DNA of 63,967 nt, counting the filler, from Octopus bimaculoides (lineage: Eukaryota), in NCBI RefSeq assembly GCF_001194135.2. It is 6 parts of 5 records of this genome, joined end to end, with 100 filler letters (N's around TTAATTAATTAA, not from the genome) between each part and the next. Parts side by side here need not be neighbours in the genome. Positions count along the whole stretch, not along the records: positions 62,900 to 63,967 come from NW_026391446.1; 5 more parts are not named here. One strand, written 5' to 3'. A program made the translations under genes and the position numbers. A model generated the notes under the pieces. The model did not search any database and was not told the DNA's origin. It saw only the letters and a program-made list of their open reading frames with translations. Below, in pieces: positions 63,925-63,967 of the stretch (position 1 is the first letter of the stretch; every line of letters starts with the position of its first letter).

Positions 63925-63967
<43 letters not shown>

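Overview
AT-rich, microsatellite- and SINE-dense animal genomic DNA. The repeat families look like those of an octopus or other coleoid cephalopod (recognition, not a database match). The window is a patchwork of six segments joined by an artificial 100-bp spacer, N44-TTAATTAATTAA-N44, at 24683, 47487, 58050, 60214 and 62800, so adjacency across those joins is not reliable. The only recognisable protein gene is the 3' three-quarters of UBA2/SAE2 (SUMO E1 subunit 2): 13 minus-strand exons from 46311 to 30249 that splice into one open 490-codon frame. It carries a (TCA)14 poly-Ser insert and one intron that human lacks; the exons equivalent to human 1-5 were not found. A tandem cluster of three U6 snRNA copies with their upstream octamer/PSE/TATA modules lies at 24.9-27.7 kb. 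The rest is TE debris: a Gypsy pol plus 3' LTR, mariner/Tc1/pogo/piggyBac/hAT/Merlin-like elements, CR1 and RTE fragments, and four SINE families. The most unusual signal is two small fold-back elements carrying hammerhead-ribozyme cores. One is a 381-bp degenerate palindrome (18401-18781) with a hammerhead on each strand. The other is a 302-bp element with perfect 44-bp terminal inverted repeats (62486-62787) enclosing a minimal type I hammerhead.
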